This document shows positions 27,152 to 37,344 of a stretch of DNA of 64,000 bases, piece by piece. The DNA is from Myxococcales bacterium (GTDB taxonomy: Bacteria > Myxococcota_A > UBA9042 > JABWCM01 > BTVJ01). The translations under genes and the position numbers were made by a program. Within the stretch, counting starts at the first letter, position 1, and each line of letters opens with the position of its first letter. The stretch spans positions 128,001-192,000 of the forward strand of contig BTVJ01000002.1 of the NCBI GenBank assembly GCA_045863395.1, read 5' to 3'. The notes below the pieces were generated by a model, which saw only the letters and a program-made list of their open reading frames with translations, did not search any database and was not told where the DNA came from.

Positions 27152-30100
27152 TTGCACAGGCCGCAGGTGGAGCAGGCGTCGGCGCAGCAGGTGCCCTTCG
27201 CCGCGCAGTCCGGGGCGCAGGAGCACCCGAGGGCGAAGTTGATCTGGCCGCAAAGCCCCGTACACGCTGGCGGGAGGCCGCACTCTCCGCACTGGATGCA
27301 CTCGACGACGCACTGCGCGTCCCAGGCCGTCGCGCAACAGAAGGGGTCCTTCTCGCAGACGCACTTCTGGCACGGGCAGCCCCCGCAGCCGGGGCCCAGC
27401 TCCACGTCGCACCCTGGGTCGCACGTCTCGATCCCGACGCACGCTCCCGCGACACACCGGTCCTGGACCGTGCACTGGTCGGTGTCGAAGCAGGCGCTGC
27501 CGTCGGCCAGCGGCGTATGGACGCACTGCCCCGTCTGCGCGTTGCAGGAGTCCAGCGTGCAGAAGTTGTTGTCGGCGCAGCTCTTGGTCACCCCGGGCTG
27601 GCAAGCGCCGTCCTTGCACCAGTCGTTCGCCGTGCACTGGTTGCCGTCACTGCACGGCGCCCCTTGAGCCGCCGCAGTGAACGAGCATACCCCGGTCGCA
27701 GGACTGCACTGGTCCACCGTGCAGGGGTTGTCGTCGGTGCACACCTTGGGCGTGCCCACGCACTCGCCGCCCGAGCATGCGTCCCCCGACGTGCACGGGC
27801 TCCCGTCGTCGCACGGGCTCCCGTTCGGCAGCATCCCGATCTTGCAGCCGCCGGTGGCCGGGTCGCAGGTGCCCACCTGGCACGGGGACTTTGTCGGGCA
27901 GACCTGCGGAGTCCCGCCACACTCCCCGCCCCCGCAGGCGTCGCCGGTCGTGCATGCGTCGCCGTCGCTGCATGGGGTGCCATCGGGGCGCGGCTTGAAC
28001 CCGCAGCCCCCGCTCAGGGCATCGCATGCCCCGATGGTGCACGGGTTGCCGTCATCACAGGCCAGCGGAGCCCCCCCGACGCACGTTCCCTGCACACAGC
28101 CGTCCTCGATGGTGCATGGATTCCCATCGGAGCACGGCGTGCCGTGGAGCGCCGTGAACTTGCACGCCCCACCGACACATGCGTCGTTGGTGCACGGGTT
28201 TCCGTCATTGCAGGCCATCGGAGTCCCCGCGCAGCCTCCGTTGCCGCAGGTGTCGGCGACCGTACACGGGTTGCCATCGTCGCAGGGCCCCCCGTGCGGC
28301 GTGTGGCTACAGCCCTCCCCCATGCAGGAGTCCACCGTGCAGGGGTTGCCGTCGTCGCAGCTCAGGCCCACGCCTTTGCAGACCGCGCCCACGCACACGT
28401 CGCCCGTCGTGCACGGATTGCCGTCGTCGCAGGTCCCCACCTTCTCTGTGTGGAAGCACCCCTGGACCGGGTCGCAGCCGTCCACCGTGCACGGCTTGCC
28501 GTCATCGCAGCTCGCGGGGGTGCCGGCGCAGACCCCACCCGCGCAGTGATCTCCGGTCGTACACGGGTCTCCGTCGTCGCACAGCGCCGCAACCGGGGTG
28601 TGCGTACACGCGCCCCCGGTCGCCGGGTTGCACAGGTCCACCGTGCAGGGGTTGCCGTCGTTGCAGCCGACGATGACCCCCTTGCAGACGCCGGCGAGGC
28701 AGGCGTCCTGCGCCGTGCAGTCGTTTCCGTCGCTGCAGGGCCCCGCGACCGGGAGGTTCACGCAGTCGCCGTCCGCGCACGAGTCCGCGGTGCAGGGGTT
28801 GCCGTCGTTGCAGGTGAGGGCGACCCCGACACACACGCCGCTCAGGCACGCGTCGTTGAGGGTGCACGGGTTCCCGTCGCTGCACGGAGACCCCTGGAGC
28901 GCGACGTGTTTGCAGCCCGTCGCCGGCGCGCAGGAGTCCTCCGTGCATGGGTTGAGGTCGTCGCAGCTCACGGGCTGGCCCTTGCAGGCCCCCCCGGCGC
29001 AGGTGTCGCCCTGGGTGCAGGCGTCGCCGTCGTCGCATGGCTCGATCACCGCCGTCGCCACGCAGCCGCCGGTGTCCGGGTCGCAGGAGTCGTCGGTGCA
29101 CGGGTTGCCGTCGTTGCAGATCACCGGAGCCCCCGCGCAGACCCCTCCGGCGCACAGGTCGCCCACGGAGCATGGGTTGCCGTCGTCGCAGCTACCGCCG
29201 ACGGGCTCGTGGAGGCACTCGCCAGCGTCGCAGCCGTCGGCCGTACACGGGTTGCCGTCGTCGCAGACCTTGCCGAGGCCCTTGCACTGCCCCTCGAAGC
29301 AGGTGTCGTCGATGGTGCAGGGGTTGCCGTCGTCGCACGGGCCGTCCAGCCAGGCGTGGTGGCAGCCGTCCAGCACGGCGCAGCCGTCCCACGTGCAGGG
29401 GTTGCCGTCATCGCAGGAGGCAGGGGTCCCGACGCACGCGCCCTTCACGCAGGTGTCGCTCTCGGTACACGGGGAGCCGTCGTCGCAGGCCCCGGTCGCG
29501 TAGGGGAAGACGCAGACGTCGTCGTCGCAGAGGTCCTCCGTGCAGGGGTTCCCGTCCGTGCAGCCCCCCGTCCACTCGACGAAGAGGCAGCCGATGGCAG
29601 GATCGCACGAGTCCTGGGTGCACCACGAGCCGTCGTCGCAAGAGACGACCCCATGAGCGCACCCTGCACCCGGCGCGCAGGTGTCGGTGGTGCAGGCGTC
29701 CCCGTCGTCGCACCCGATCTGGACGTGGACGCACCCATCCAGACCACAGGAGTCCACGGTGCAGGTGTTCTTGTCGTCACAGCTCGCCGGCTCGTAGGTA
29801 CATTCCCCGGCCACGCACCCCTCCACCGTGCAGGGGTCGCCGTCGTCGCAGAGGCCCTCGGCGTCCGGGACGAACGCGCACCCCCCTGAGCCACACGCAT
29901 CGGCCGTGCATGGATCGCCATCGTCGCACACGACCGCCTCATGGGCGCACGCGCCCGCCGCGCACCCGTCCAGCGTGCACGGGTCGCCGTCGTTGCAGTC
30001 AAGCGCTGGGCCCGCTGCGCAGTCGCCGCCCAGGCAGGCGTTCTCGGTGCACGGGTTCCCGTCGTCGCACGGGGTGCCGTCCGGCGCGGCGGCCAACGCG

Positions 30101-30960
30101 CAGGCCCCCGCCACGCACACGGAGAGCTGGCACGCGGGCGCGGGGCCCGAGGCGCACACCTGGGCCGGCGTGGGCGACGGGATCGCGCACTTGCCCGCGA
30201 CGCAGATCACGCTCCCGGTGCATGGGTCCCCGTCGTCGAGGGGGGCGCAGTCTCCGTCGCTCGCGCACTCGCAGGGCACCGCACTCCCCGCCTGGCAGGC
30301 GCCGCCTCCGCAGGCGTCGCCCTGGGTGCAGGGGTCGCCGTCGTCGCAGACGCCGGGAGCGGCGGTGAAGGTGCAACCCGCGCCCGGCTGACACACGTCC
30401 GCGGTGCAGGGCTCTCCGTCGTCGCACACCACCGGGATCCCCGCACACCCCCCGCTGCACACGTCGAGCGCGGTGCACGGGTCCCCGTCGTCGCAGGGGC
30501 CCGCGTGCGGCACACTCGAGCACGCGCCGTTGACGCAGTCATCCACTGTGCACGGGTCGCCGTCGTCGCAGTCCGCGGCGCCCTCGCAGTCCGGCAGCTC
30601 TCCGTCGGCGTCCAGCGCCGTGTCCAACGTCGCGTCGGGCGCCCCGCCATCCTCGACGTCGCCACCGGGGGCGACGTCCGGCGCCGGCACATCCCCGGGC
30701 CCCATTGTATCGCCGGAGTCCACGCCGTCGCCGGAGGCTGCGGAGTCCCCCCCGATATCCCCCCCGATGTCTGTCAGGCCATCCGCGGCGGCATCCGCCA
30801 CGGCGTCCGCAGCTCCTACGTCTCCCGCAGCGTCGCCACCGCCGAGCGCAGCGATGTCGAACCCGGCCCCAGGTGGGAGCTGGAAGTCCAGGCCCGGTCC
30901 GACGGTCCCGTCCCCACAGGCGGCTGCGACAAGGAGGCAGAGGGCGAGTCGGCTTCGCAC
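27148..30960 (-). CDS. Giant Cys-rich repeat lipoprotein (Dictyostelium CTDC-like repeats)
   Basis: AAAC lipobox; acidic linker; dozens of C-x-D-G-[ND]-PCT-x-D-x-C units; somatomedin-B-like C-terminus. Confidence 0.85.
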   Translation of the reverse strand: MRSRLALCLLVAAACGDGTVGPGLDFQLPPGAGFDIAALGGGDAAGDVGAADAVADAAADGLTDIGGDIGGDSAASGDGVDSGDTMGPGDVPAPDVAPGGDVEDGGAPDATLDTALDADGELPDCEGAADCDDGDPCTVDDCVNGACSSVPHAGPCDDGDPCTALDVCSGGCAGIPVVCDDGEPCTADVCQPGAGCTFTAAPGVCDDGDPCTQGDACGGGACQAGSAVPCECASDGDCAPLDDGDPCTGSVICVAGKCAIPSPTPAQVCASGPAPACQLSVCVAGACALAAAPDGTPCDDGNPCTENACLGGDCAAGPALDCNDGDPCTLDGCAAGACAHEAVVCDDGDPCTADACGSGGCAFVPDAEGLCDDGDPCTVEGCVAGECTYEPASCDDKNTCTVDSCGLDGCVHVQIGCDDGDACTTDTCAPGAGCAHGVVSCDDGSWCTQDSCDPAIGCLFVEWTGGCTDGNPCTEDLCDDDVCVFPYATGACDDGSPCTESDTCVKGACVGTPASCDDGNPCTWDGCAVLDGCHHAWLDGPCDDGNPCTIDDTCFEGQCKGLGKVCDDGNPCTADGCDAGECLHEPVGGSCDDGNPCSVGDLCAGGVCAGAPVICNDGNPCTDDSCDPDTGGCVATAVIEPCDDGDACTQGDTCAGGACKGQPVSCDDLNPCTEDSCAPATGCKHVALQGSPCSDGNPCTLNDACLSGVCVGVALTCNDGNPCTADSCADGDCVNLPVAGPCSDGNDCTAQDACLAGVCKGVIVGCNDGNPCTVDLCNPATGGACTHTPVAALCDDGDPCTTGDHCAGGVCAGTPASCDDGKPCTVDGCDPVQGCFHTEKVGTCDDGNPCTTGDVCVGAVCKGVGLSCDDGNPCTVDSCMGEGCSHTPHGGPCDDGNPCTVADTCGNGGCAGTPMACNDGNPCTNDACVGGACKFTALHGTPCSDGNPCTIEDGCVQGTCVGGAPLACDDGNPCTIGACDALSGGCGFKPRPDGTPCSDGDACTTGDACGGGECGGTPQVCPTKSPCQVGTCDPATGGCKIGMLPNGSPCDDGSPCTSGDACSGGECVGTPKVCTDDNPCTVDQCSPATGVCSFTAAAQGAPCSDGNQCTANDWCKDGACQPGVTKSCADNNFCTLDSCNAQTGQCVHTPLADGSACFDTDQCTVQDRCVAGACVGIETCDPGCDVELGPGCGGCPCQKCVCEKDPFCCATAWDAQCVVECIQCGECGLPPACTGLCGQINFALGCSCAPDCAAKGTCCADACSTCGLCK

Positions 30961-31022
30961 GTTGACCTCTCGGTGGGCCCAGTGGGGGCTACGGATCGCG
31001 GACACAGGTGCTCGGAGCGAGT

Positions 31023-31868
31023 CTAGCCCGCCTTGGCTGCGGTTTCCAAGAACGTCCGAGTCACCGCGTGAAGCTCCGCGAGCCTTCGGAGCGTCACGTC
31101 GAACGGCATCCCGTCCACGGTCGGCTCCGCCCGCAGGGTCACCCCGTCGATGGCTCCGGCGGCCAGGCAGCGCGCGAGCCGATCCACCTCGGTCGCCGCC
31201 GAGGGCAGCAGGTCGCGCCCCGCCAGCGCCGACAGGCCGGCGACCAGCCCCAGCGCGCCCCAGTTGGAGACCGACGCCAGCACTAGGCGGGTCGTGTGCG
31301 TGACGCACGGCATTCGTGGGAGGCGCGCATCGAGCCCCATCCCGTGGGCGACCACCCCCATGCCGATCTCGTTGCCGCCGTCGCCGACGCCGATGGTCCG
31401 GGGGTGAGCCCGGAATGCAGGCGCGAAGTCCGCGGTGGTGGCGCTCAAGTCGTCGCCTCGAAAACCCCTGAAGACCCCGTCCGCCGACGGCCCCAGCCGC
31501 TCGATGGCGACGAGGACCCCGGGGCCCTCCGCCGCGACCACCGCCGCGCAGTCCGCGTCCACGGGCACGGCGACGACGCGCATGCCAGGCGCGGCCGCAG
31601 ACACCACCTGCGCGCAGAGCGCATCGGTCAGGAGCACAATGGGCCGATCGAGCGCCAGCAGGGCCTCCGCCAGGGCGCCCGCGCCGGGGGGGCCGTCGGT
31701 CTCAGGAGCGGACCCCCCAACGAAGAAACCGGTCACGAGGGCGATCGGCCCCGAGGTCTCCCAGAGGAGCCGCGCCGCGTCCAGGACGAAGCCCGGCGCG
31801 AGGAGCGAGCGCAGGGCCCCGACGCCGCGCCGGTCGTCCCGGAGCACCACGTCGTCGAGGGCGATCAC
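31023..31868 (-). CDS. DUF4392 / D-glutamate cyclase C-terminal-like protein
   Basis: [32 protein letters not shown]. Confidence 0.85.
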   Translation of the reverse strand: MIALDDVVLRDDRRGVGALRSLLAPGFVLDAARLLWETSGPIALVTGFFVGGSAPETDGPPGAGALAEALLALDRPIVLLTDALCAQVVSAAAPGMRVVAVPVDADCAAVVAAEGPGVLVAIERLGPSADGVFRGFRGDDLSATTADFAPAFRAHPRTIGVGDGGNEIGMGVVAHGMGLDARLPRMPCVTHTTRLVLASVSNWGALGLVAGLSALAGRDLLPSAATEVDRLARCLAAGAIDGVTLRAEPTVDGMPFDVTLRRLAELHAVTRTFLETAAKAG

Positions 31869-32629
31869 GGCTCCTCGCAGAGATCGGTGACCAGCATGTG
31901 CCCGGGGGCGTGGGTGATGGCGAAGGGGAGGCGCGCCGCCGCCAGCGCCGCCTGGGGCGTCACGCCGCACGCCCAGAACACCGGCGTCGTCCCCCGTGGC
32001 TGAGGCGCCGCGACCCCGTAATCGGGACGCGACAGATCCGCGATGCCGAGGGCCGCCGGGTCCCCTACGTGGACGGGCGCCCCGTGCGCCAGGGGGTACC
32101 GGGCCGTGATCTGCGCCGCGCGGTCGACCTCACCATCCGGGATCCACCGCATGGAGACGACGAGTGGCCCCCTGAGCCGCCCGGCTGGTACCGCGGCCCG
32201 CGACGTGCGGTACATGGCGACGTTGCCCCCGCTGCCGCCCGCGTGAACTCCCGCCCTTGCGAGCGCGGCCTCGAAGGAGAAGCTGCACCCGAGCAGGAAG
32301 GTCACGAGGTCGTCACGCCACACGTCGAGCACGCCGCGCTGCTCAGTGAGGTCGCCGCCGCGCCACACCCGGTAGCGCGGGAGGTCGGTGCGCACGTCCC
32401 CTCCTGCGGCGCAGGAGGGCTCCACGACGCCCGGCTCCAGCACCTCGATGAGGGGGCACGGCGCGGGGTTGCGCACACAGAAGAGGAGCACGTCGAAGGC
32501 GGTCTCCCGTGGCACGGCGACCAGGTTCGTCTGCACGAACCCCGGCGCGAGGCCGCTGGTGGGGCCTGTCAGAACCCCCGCGCGGGCGGCGGCACGGACC
32601 AGGGCTCCGGTCGAGAGGGTGTCGCTCAT
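31865..32629 (-). CDS. DUF1445 putative hydro-lyase (D-glutamate cyclase N-terminal-like)
   Basis: [47 protein letters not shown]. Confidence 0.9.
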   Translation of the reverse strand: MSDTLSTGALVRAAARAGVLTGPTSGLAPGFVQTNLVAVPRETAFDVLLFCVRNPAPCPLIEVLEPGVVEPSCAAGGDVRTDLPRYRVWRGGDLTEQRGVLDVWRDDLVTFLLGCSFSFEAALARAGVHAGGSGGNVAMYRTSRAAVPAGRLRGPLVVSMRWIPDGEVDRAAQITARYPLAHGAPVHVGDPAALGIADLSRPDYGVAAPQPRGTTPVFWACGVTPQAALAAARLPFAITHAPGHMLVTDLCEEP

Positions 32630-32771
32630 GGCCTGGGATGGTACGCGGCCTCCGCCAGCGCCGCCAGCGCTGCCACCAGTCCCGCGGGACGGGCCCGGAG
32701 AGCCTTGTATCCAGCCCATGCGCCGGCTATGGTTGCGCGAGCACACCGCCCGACTGGGGAAGGAGCATCCC

Positions 32772-34952
32772 ATGCAGAAGCGAGCCCTCTTCACAATCGC
32801 CCTCGCCGCCCTCCTCGGAGCCTGCGGGTCCGACGCTGGCGGCAGCGGTGCCTTCGTCCCGGGCGGAACGGACACCTCTGGAGGAGACCTCGGCGGGGGC
32901 ATCGACGACGACATCGGGGAGGACCCGGACGACGCCGGAGGGGACCCGGACACGGCCAGCCCACAGGACACGGCAGGCACCGACGTGCAGACGGGTCCGG
33001 ACGTGGTCACTCCGACGGGCCTGAAGCCGGGCGACCTGATGATCTCCGAGATCATGAAGAACCCGAAGGCGGTGGCCGACACGGCCGGCGAGTGGGTGGA
33101 GGTGATGAACACCACGAGCGCGCCCATCCCGCTCGACGGGCTCACCCTCAAGGATCTCAAGACCGACAAGCACGTCATCGCGAGCAACGGCGCCCTCGTC
33201 GTGCCAGCGGGTGGTGTCGTGGTGCTGGCGAACAACGGCGACCGCACGAAGAACGGCGGCGTCACGGTGGACTACGTCTACACGGGCTTCACCATGGGCA
33301 ACGGCGCCGACGAGGTGATCCTGGCCAACGGCGCGACGATCATCGACAAGGTGGCGTATGGGGCGGGCACGGCCGGGTGGCCCGACACGGAGGGGGTGGC
33401 CATGATGCTGCCGCCCGGGGAGGACGCCGGCACCAACGACCAGCCCGGCGCGTGGTGCGCGGCCGGGGCCCCCATGGAGGGCGGCGACTTGGGGACGCCG
33501 GGCGTGGTCAACCCGCCCTGCGGGACCCTCCCCGAGCTGGTCTGCGACGACGCCAAGGACGACGACGAGGACGGGCTCACCGACTGCGACGACCCGGACT
33601 GCGCCAAGGCCACGCCGTGCAAGGTCGTAGACCCGACCCTGTGCGGGAACGGGTCGCCGGACACCGGCGAGGAGTGCGACGACGCCAACGACACGCCCGG
33701 TGACGGCTGCGAGCCCGACTGCACCAAGACGCCCGTGTGCGGCGACGGCAAGCTCGGCAAGGGGGAGGAGTGCGACGACGGCAAGACGCTCCCCGGCGAC
33801 GGGTGCTCCCGCCACTGCAAGGTGGAGGTGGCGCTCGCCCCTGGCGCCCTCGTGATCACCGAGATCCACTACAACCCGAAGGCCGTGGACGACGCCAAGG
33901 GGGAGTGGTTCGAGCTCTACAACACGACCGGGGACCCCATCGACATCGACGGCCTCCTGCTCACCGACAACAAGACGGACAAGCACGTGGTGGACCCGGG
34001 CGGCCCCCTCGTGATCCCCGCTGGCGGCTACGTGGTGCTCGGCAACAATGGGGACCCGCTGGCCAATGGCGACGCGAACGTCACCTACGCGTACAAGAGC
34101 TTCAGCCTCACGAACACCGCCGACCAGGTGGTGATCTCCTTCGCCGGGCAGGAGGTCGATCGCGTGGAGTACACCGTGCCGCCGTTCCCCAAGCTGGATG
34201 CCGTCTCCATGCAGCTCGACGCGCTGCTCCTGGACCATGTGGCCAACGACGCGGCCGAGAGCTGGTGCGCCTCGACCGCCCCCTACGGCGCGGGCGACAA
34301 GGGAACGCCAGGGCTGCCCAACGGGTCCTGCGGGGCGGCCCCGCCGACGTGCGGCAACGGGGACCCCGACCCGGGGGAGGAGTGCGACGACGGTAACACG
34401 GACCCGGGCGACGGCTGCGACCCGTCGTGCAAGAAGGAGTCGGCTCCGGTCACCGCTGGGGTCATCGTGATCACCGAGCTGATGCCAGACCCCGCCAAGG
34501 TGGCTGACACCGCCGGCGAGTGGGTGGAGCTGCAGAACGTCACCAACGCGCCCATCGACATCAAGGGCTGGGTGCTCGGCGACGGAGCCAATGAGAAGCA
34601 CACCATCGCAGAGAGCGTCGTGGTCCCCGCCAAGGGCATCATCGTCCTCGCGCGCAACAAGGAGTCGGCCGCCAACGGAGGCGTCACGGCCGTCTACCAG
34701 TACACGGGCGTCAACCTGTCCAACACCGCGGACACGGTGCAGCTCGCCGCCGGGGCCGTCGTCGTCGACAAGGTCCAGTACGGTGGTGCGGGCTGGGAGG
34801 GGAAGATCAAGGCCGGCAAGTCCATCTCGCTGGACCCGGACTGGACCGACGCTGTCTCCAACGACGATCCGGCGCACTGGTGCGTCGGGGTCGCCCTCTA
34901 CGGCGATGGGGACAGCGGCACCCCTGGCGCCCCCAACGAGCCGTGCCCCTAG
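32772..34952 (+). CDS. Lipoprotein with three lamin-tail domains and Myxococcus cysteine-rich repeats
   Basis: AGGAG RBS; LGAC lipobox; 3x I[ST]E..[ND]P....D..GEW.E ... GTPG..N; CG[ND]G....GEECDD repeats. Confidence 0.88.
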   Translation: MQKRALFTIALAALLGACGSDAGGSGAFVPGGTDTSGGDLGGGIDDDIGEDPDDAGGDPDTASPQDTAGTDVQTGPDVVTPTGLKPGDLMISEIMKNPKAVADTAGEWVEVMNTTSAPIPLDGLTLKDLKTDKHVIASNGALVVPAGGVVVLANNGDRTKNGGVTVDYVYTGFTMGNGADEVILANGATIIDKVAYGAGTAGWPDTEGVAMMLPPGEDAGTNDQPGAWCAAGAPMEGGDLGTPGVVNPPCGTLPELVCDDAKDDDEDGLTDCDDPDCAKATPCKVVDPTLCGNGSPDTGEECDDANDTPGDGCEPDCTKTPVCGDGKLGKGEECDDGKTLPGDGCSRHCKVEVALAPGALVITEIHYNPKAVDDAKGEWFELYNTTGDPIDIDGLLLTDNKTDKHVVDPGGPLVIPAGGYVVLGNNGDPLANGDANVTYAYKSFSLTNTADQVVISFAGQEVDRVEYTVPPFPKLDAVSMQLDALLLDHVANDAAESWCASTAPYGAGDKGTPGLPNGSCGAAPPTCGNGDPDPGEECDDGNTDPGDGCDPSCKKESAPVTAGVIVITELMPDPAKVADTAGEWVELQNVTNAPIDIKGWVLGDGANEKHTIAESVVVPAKGIIVLARNKESAANGGVTAVYQYTGVNLSNTADTVQLAAGAVVVDKVQYGGAGWEGKIKAGKSISLDPDWTDAVSNDDPAHWCVGVALYGDGDSGTPGAPNEPCP

Positions 34953-34973
34953 CTCAGTCCCTGATCGACCCGC

Positions 34974-36707
34974 TCACGCCGGCCGCAGCGTGAAGTGGAA
35001 CGTCGCCCCGCGCCCAGGCTCCGACTCCACCCAGATGCGCCCCCCGGCACGCTCGATGATGTTGCGGCACACCGCCAGGCCGCTCCCAGTCCCGGGGTAG
35101 CGGTCCCGTGGGTGAAGCCGCTGGAACAGCTCGAAGACACGGGTCGCGTGCTCTCGCGCGATGCCGATGCCGTTGTCCTGCACGGTGACGTGGACCATGT
35201 CGTGCTCCACGCTGGCGCGAATGTCCATGACGGGAGGTGACTCTCCGCGGAACTTGATGGCGTTCGAGAGAAGGTGCTCGAACACCGTCTCAAGCTGCCC
35301 CGGAGCGCACCACACGGTGGGCAGATCTGCATGTCGCACTTCGGCCCGCGCGGCCGTGATTGACTCCCGCAGGGCCTCCAGCGCCGCCGCCACGGCCCTC
35401 CCCATGCACGTGGGCACGGGCGGCTCGTGGTCCTCGGCGAGGCGTGCGTGGGCGTGGAGGTCCCGCACCAGCGCGTCCATCCGGTGGGCGCCGCCCACGA
35501 TGGTGCGCAGGTACTCGCGGTGCTTGGGCTCGAGGCGGTACCCCGCCCGCTGCTCGACGAGCTGAGCGAAGCTCGTGACCGAGCGGAGGGGCTCGCGCAG
35601 CTCGTGGGACGTCGCCCGGGTGAACTGGGCGAGCGCCCGCCCGGCGCGCTCCAGCTCACCGACCTTGTGGGCGAGCTCCCGCTCGACGTCCTTGGAGCGC
35701 GTCACGTCCCGCAGAGACCCGGCCAGCCGCACGACCGCTCCATGGCGAATAGCCTGCCCCCGCGCATCGAACCAACGCCACGTCCCTCGCGAAGACCGCA
35801 GGCGAAGCTCGGCGTCGACGAGATCCGTGTCGCCGCCGTAGCAGCGCCGAACGGCCGCCTCCGCCTCCGGCAGGTCGTCCGGGTGGATCAGCGCGCGCAG
35901 CTCGTCCACCGTCGCCGGGCTGGCCGAGAGCTCCAGTATGCGCGCGAGGCGCGGCGACACATACAAGGAGCCGGTCCGGGAGTCCCAATCCCACAGGACC
36001 TCCCGCGCCCCCTGCACGGCCAGGGCGTAGCGCTCTTCGCTCGCGTCCAGCGCTGCCTCCGCCCGCTTCCAGGCCGCCTCGTAGATGGCTCCGAGCACCG
36101 CGGAGAAGGCCACCGCGAGGATCGCTCCCACCACGAAGAAGTCCTGGTAGCGCTCCCCGGTCACGGGCTGGGGGAAGTCGTGTCCGGCTCGGTGCAAGAG
36201 GTAGAGCGCGACCAGGTCCGCCACCAGCAGCCCCGACGTGACGAGCGCCAGCCGCGGCCCGACCATGAAGGAGGCGAGCAGGGGGAGCGCCGGGTACCAG
36301 TAGACCGCCAGGGAGTCGAACCCGCCGTTGACGTAGGAGCCGGCGCAGATCAGCGCGACCCCGACCAGCAGCAGCGACCACCCTGCTGCGGCAAACGACG
36401 CGGTCACGCGCAGCACGACGGGGGTGAGGCCGATCAGCAAGGCACCAGCCGCCATCATGAGCAGCGTCGGCGCGTGGGGCTCGTCGAAGGTGAGGCGCCG
36501 GACGATGAGCACGAGCAACATGAGCAGGAGCGTCAGCGAGGTCCCTACGATGAGGCGCCCGCGTCGAGCGTGCTCGCGACTCCCGCGGAGTGTCGCCGGG
36601 ATGAACTGGTCGATGAGCTGGGAGAGGGCGCCAGGTCGCCCCTGCTCCGTGCTCCGCAGACCGGGAGGATGCTCCTCGGCTGGCGACTCCTCGACGGCGG
36701 TGCTCAC
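34974..36707 (-). CDS. Membrane PAS-domain sensor histidine kinase
   Basis: Multiple TM segments; PAS (LWDWD, IHPDD); SHELREPL H-box, LLSNAIKF, DNGIGI, GSGLAVC. Start approximate. Confidence 0.9.
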   Translation of the reverse strand: MSTAVEESPAEEHPPGLRSTEQGRPGALSQLIDQFIPATLRGSREHARRGRLIVGTSLTLLLMLLVLIVRRLTFDEPHAPTLLMMAAGALLIGLTPVVLRVTASFAAAGWSLLLVGVALICAGSYVNGGFDSLAVYWYPALPLLASFMVGPRLALVTSGLLVADLVALYLLHRAGHDFPQPVTGERYQDFFVVGAILAVAFSAVLGAIYEAAWKRAEAALDASEERYALAVQGAREVLWDWDSRTGSLYVSPRLARILELSASPATVDELRALIHPDDLPEAEAAVRRCYGGDTDLVDAELRLRSSRGTWRWFDARGQAIRHGAVVRLAGSLRDVTRSKDVERELAHKVGELERAGRALAQFTRATSHELREPLRSVTSFAQLVEQRAGYRLEPKHREYLRTIVGGAHRMDALVRDLHAHARLAEDHEPPVPTCMGRAVAAALEALRESITAARAEVRHADLPTVWCAPGQLETVFEHLLSNAIKFRGESPPVMDIRASVEHDMVHVTVQDNGIGIAREHATRVFELFQRLHPRDRYPGTGSGLAVCRNIIERAGGRIWVESEPGRGATFHFTLRPA

Positions 36708-36857
36708 TCTCCTACGTCCTCTCTGGTTGCAGCCCCATGGGCAGGCCGATCCCATGACTGTCCCGCAAACCGACCGCGCAGCGCAACTCCAGGGATTGGA
36801 ACCGGCGCGGTTTCGCGGTAGTCTCCGTGCGTCACCCACCCCCAGACAGGAGCATCC

Positions 36858-37310
36858 ATGCTAAGCGCGACGTTCGACCTGAAGACCCTGCGAGCAATCC
36901 CCATGTTCGCCCCGCTGTCCGACGATGAGCTGGAGTACATCAGGCCGCACCTCAGCGTGCGTACCGTCAGCACGGGGGACCTCGCCTTCTCGGAGGGGGC
37001 CGCCGGCGACGAGCTGTTCATCCTGCTCTCGGGCGAGGTGAAGGTGATCAAGGGACATCGGCTGCCCGAGGAGCGCGTCCTGGCGGTGCTCGGGCCCGTC
37101 GAGGCCTTCGGTGAGATGAGCCTGCTGACGGGCGAGCGCCGAACGGCCACCGTGGTCGCCACGGAGCCGAGCCGCTTCCTCACGCTGACCCAGGAGGCGC
37201 TGGAGGGCGTGCTGCTCAAGCACCCGGACGTGTCCCTGGCCCTGCTGCGCGACGCCTACACCCGCCTGCGCAAGGTGCAGGACCGCCTGATCGCCGACTC
37301 CATCCGATGA
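36858..37310 (+). CDS. Stand-alone cyclic nucleotide-binding domain protein
   Basis: FGEMSLLTGERRTATVVA phosphate-binding cassette; no HTH; AGGAG RBS. Confidence 0.88.
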   Translation: MLSATFDLKTLRAIPMFAPLSDDELEYIRPHLSVRTVSTGDLAFSEGAAGDELFILLSGEVKVIKGHRLPEERVLAVLGPVEAFGEMSLLTGERRTATVVATEPSRFLTLTQEALEGVLLKHPDVSLALLRDAYTRLRKVQDRLIADSIR

Positions 37311-37344
37311 GACCCCTCAGGACTCCTGGCCGCGCCGCTCGGGC

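Noticed and set aside
27400..30580. Regularly spaced GTGCAGGGGTTGCCGTCGTCGCA-like repeats resembling an array
   Set aside because: They encode CDDGNPCT protein repeats and vary at synonymous positions.
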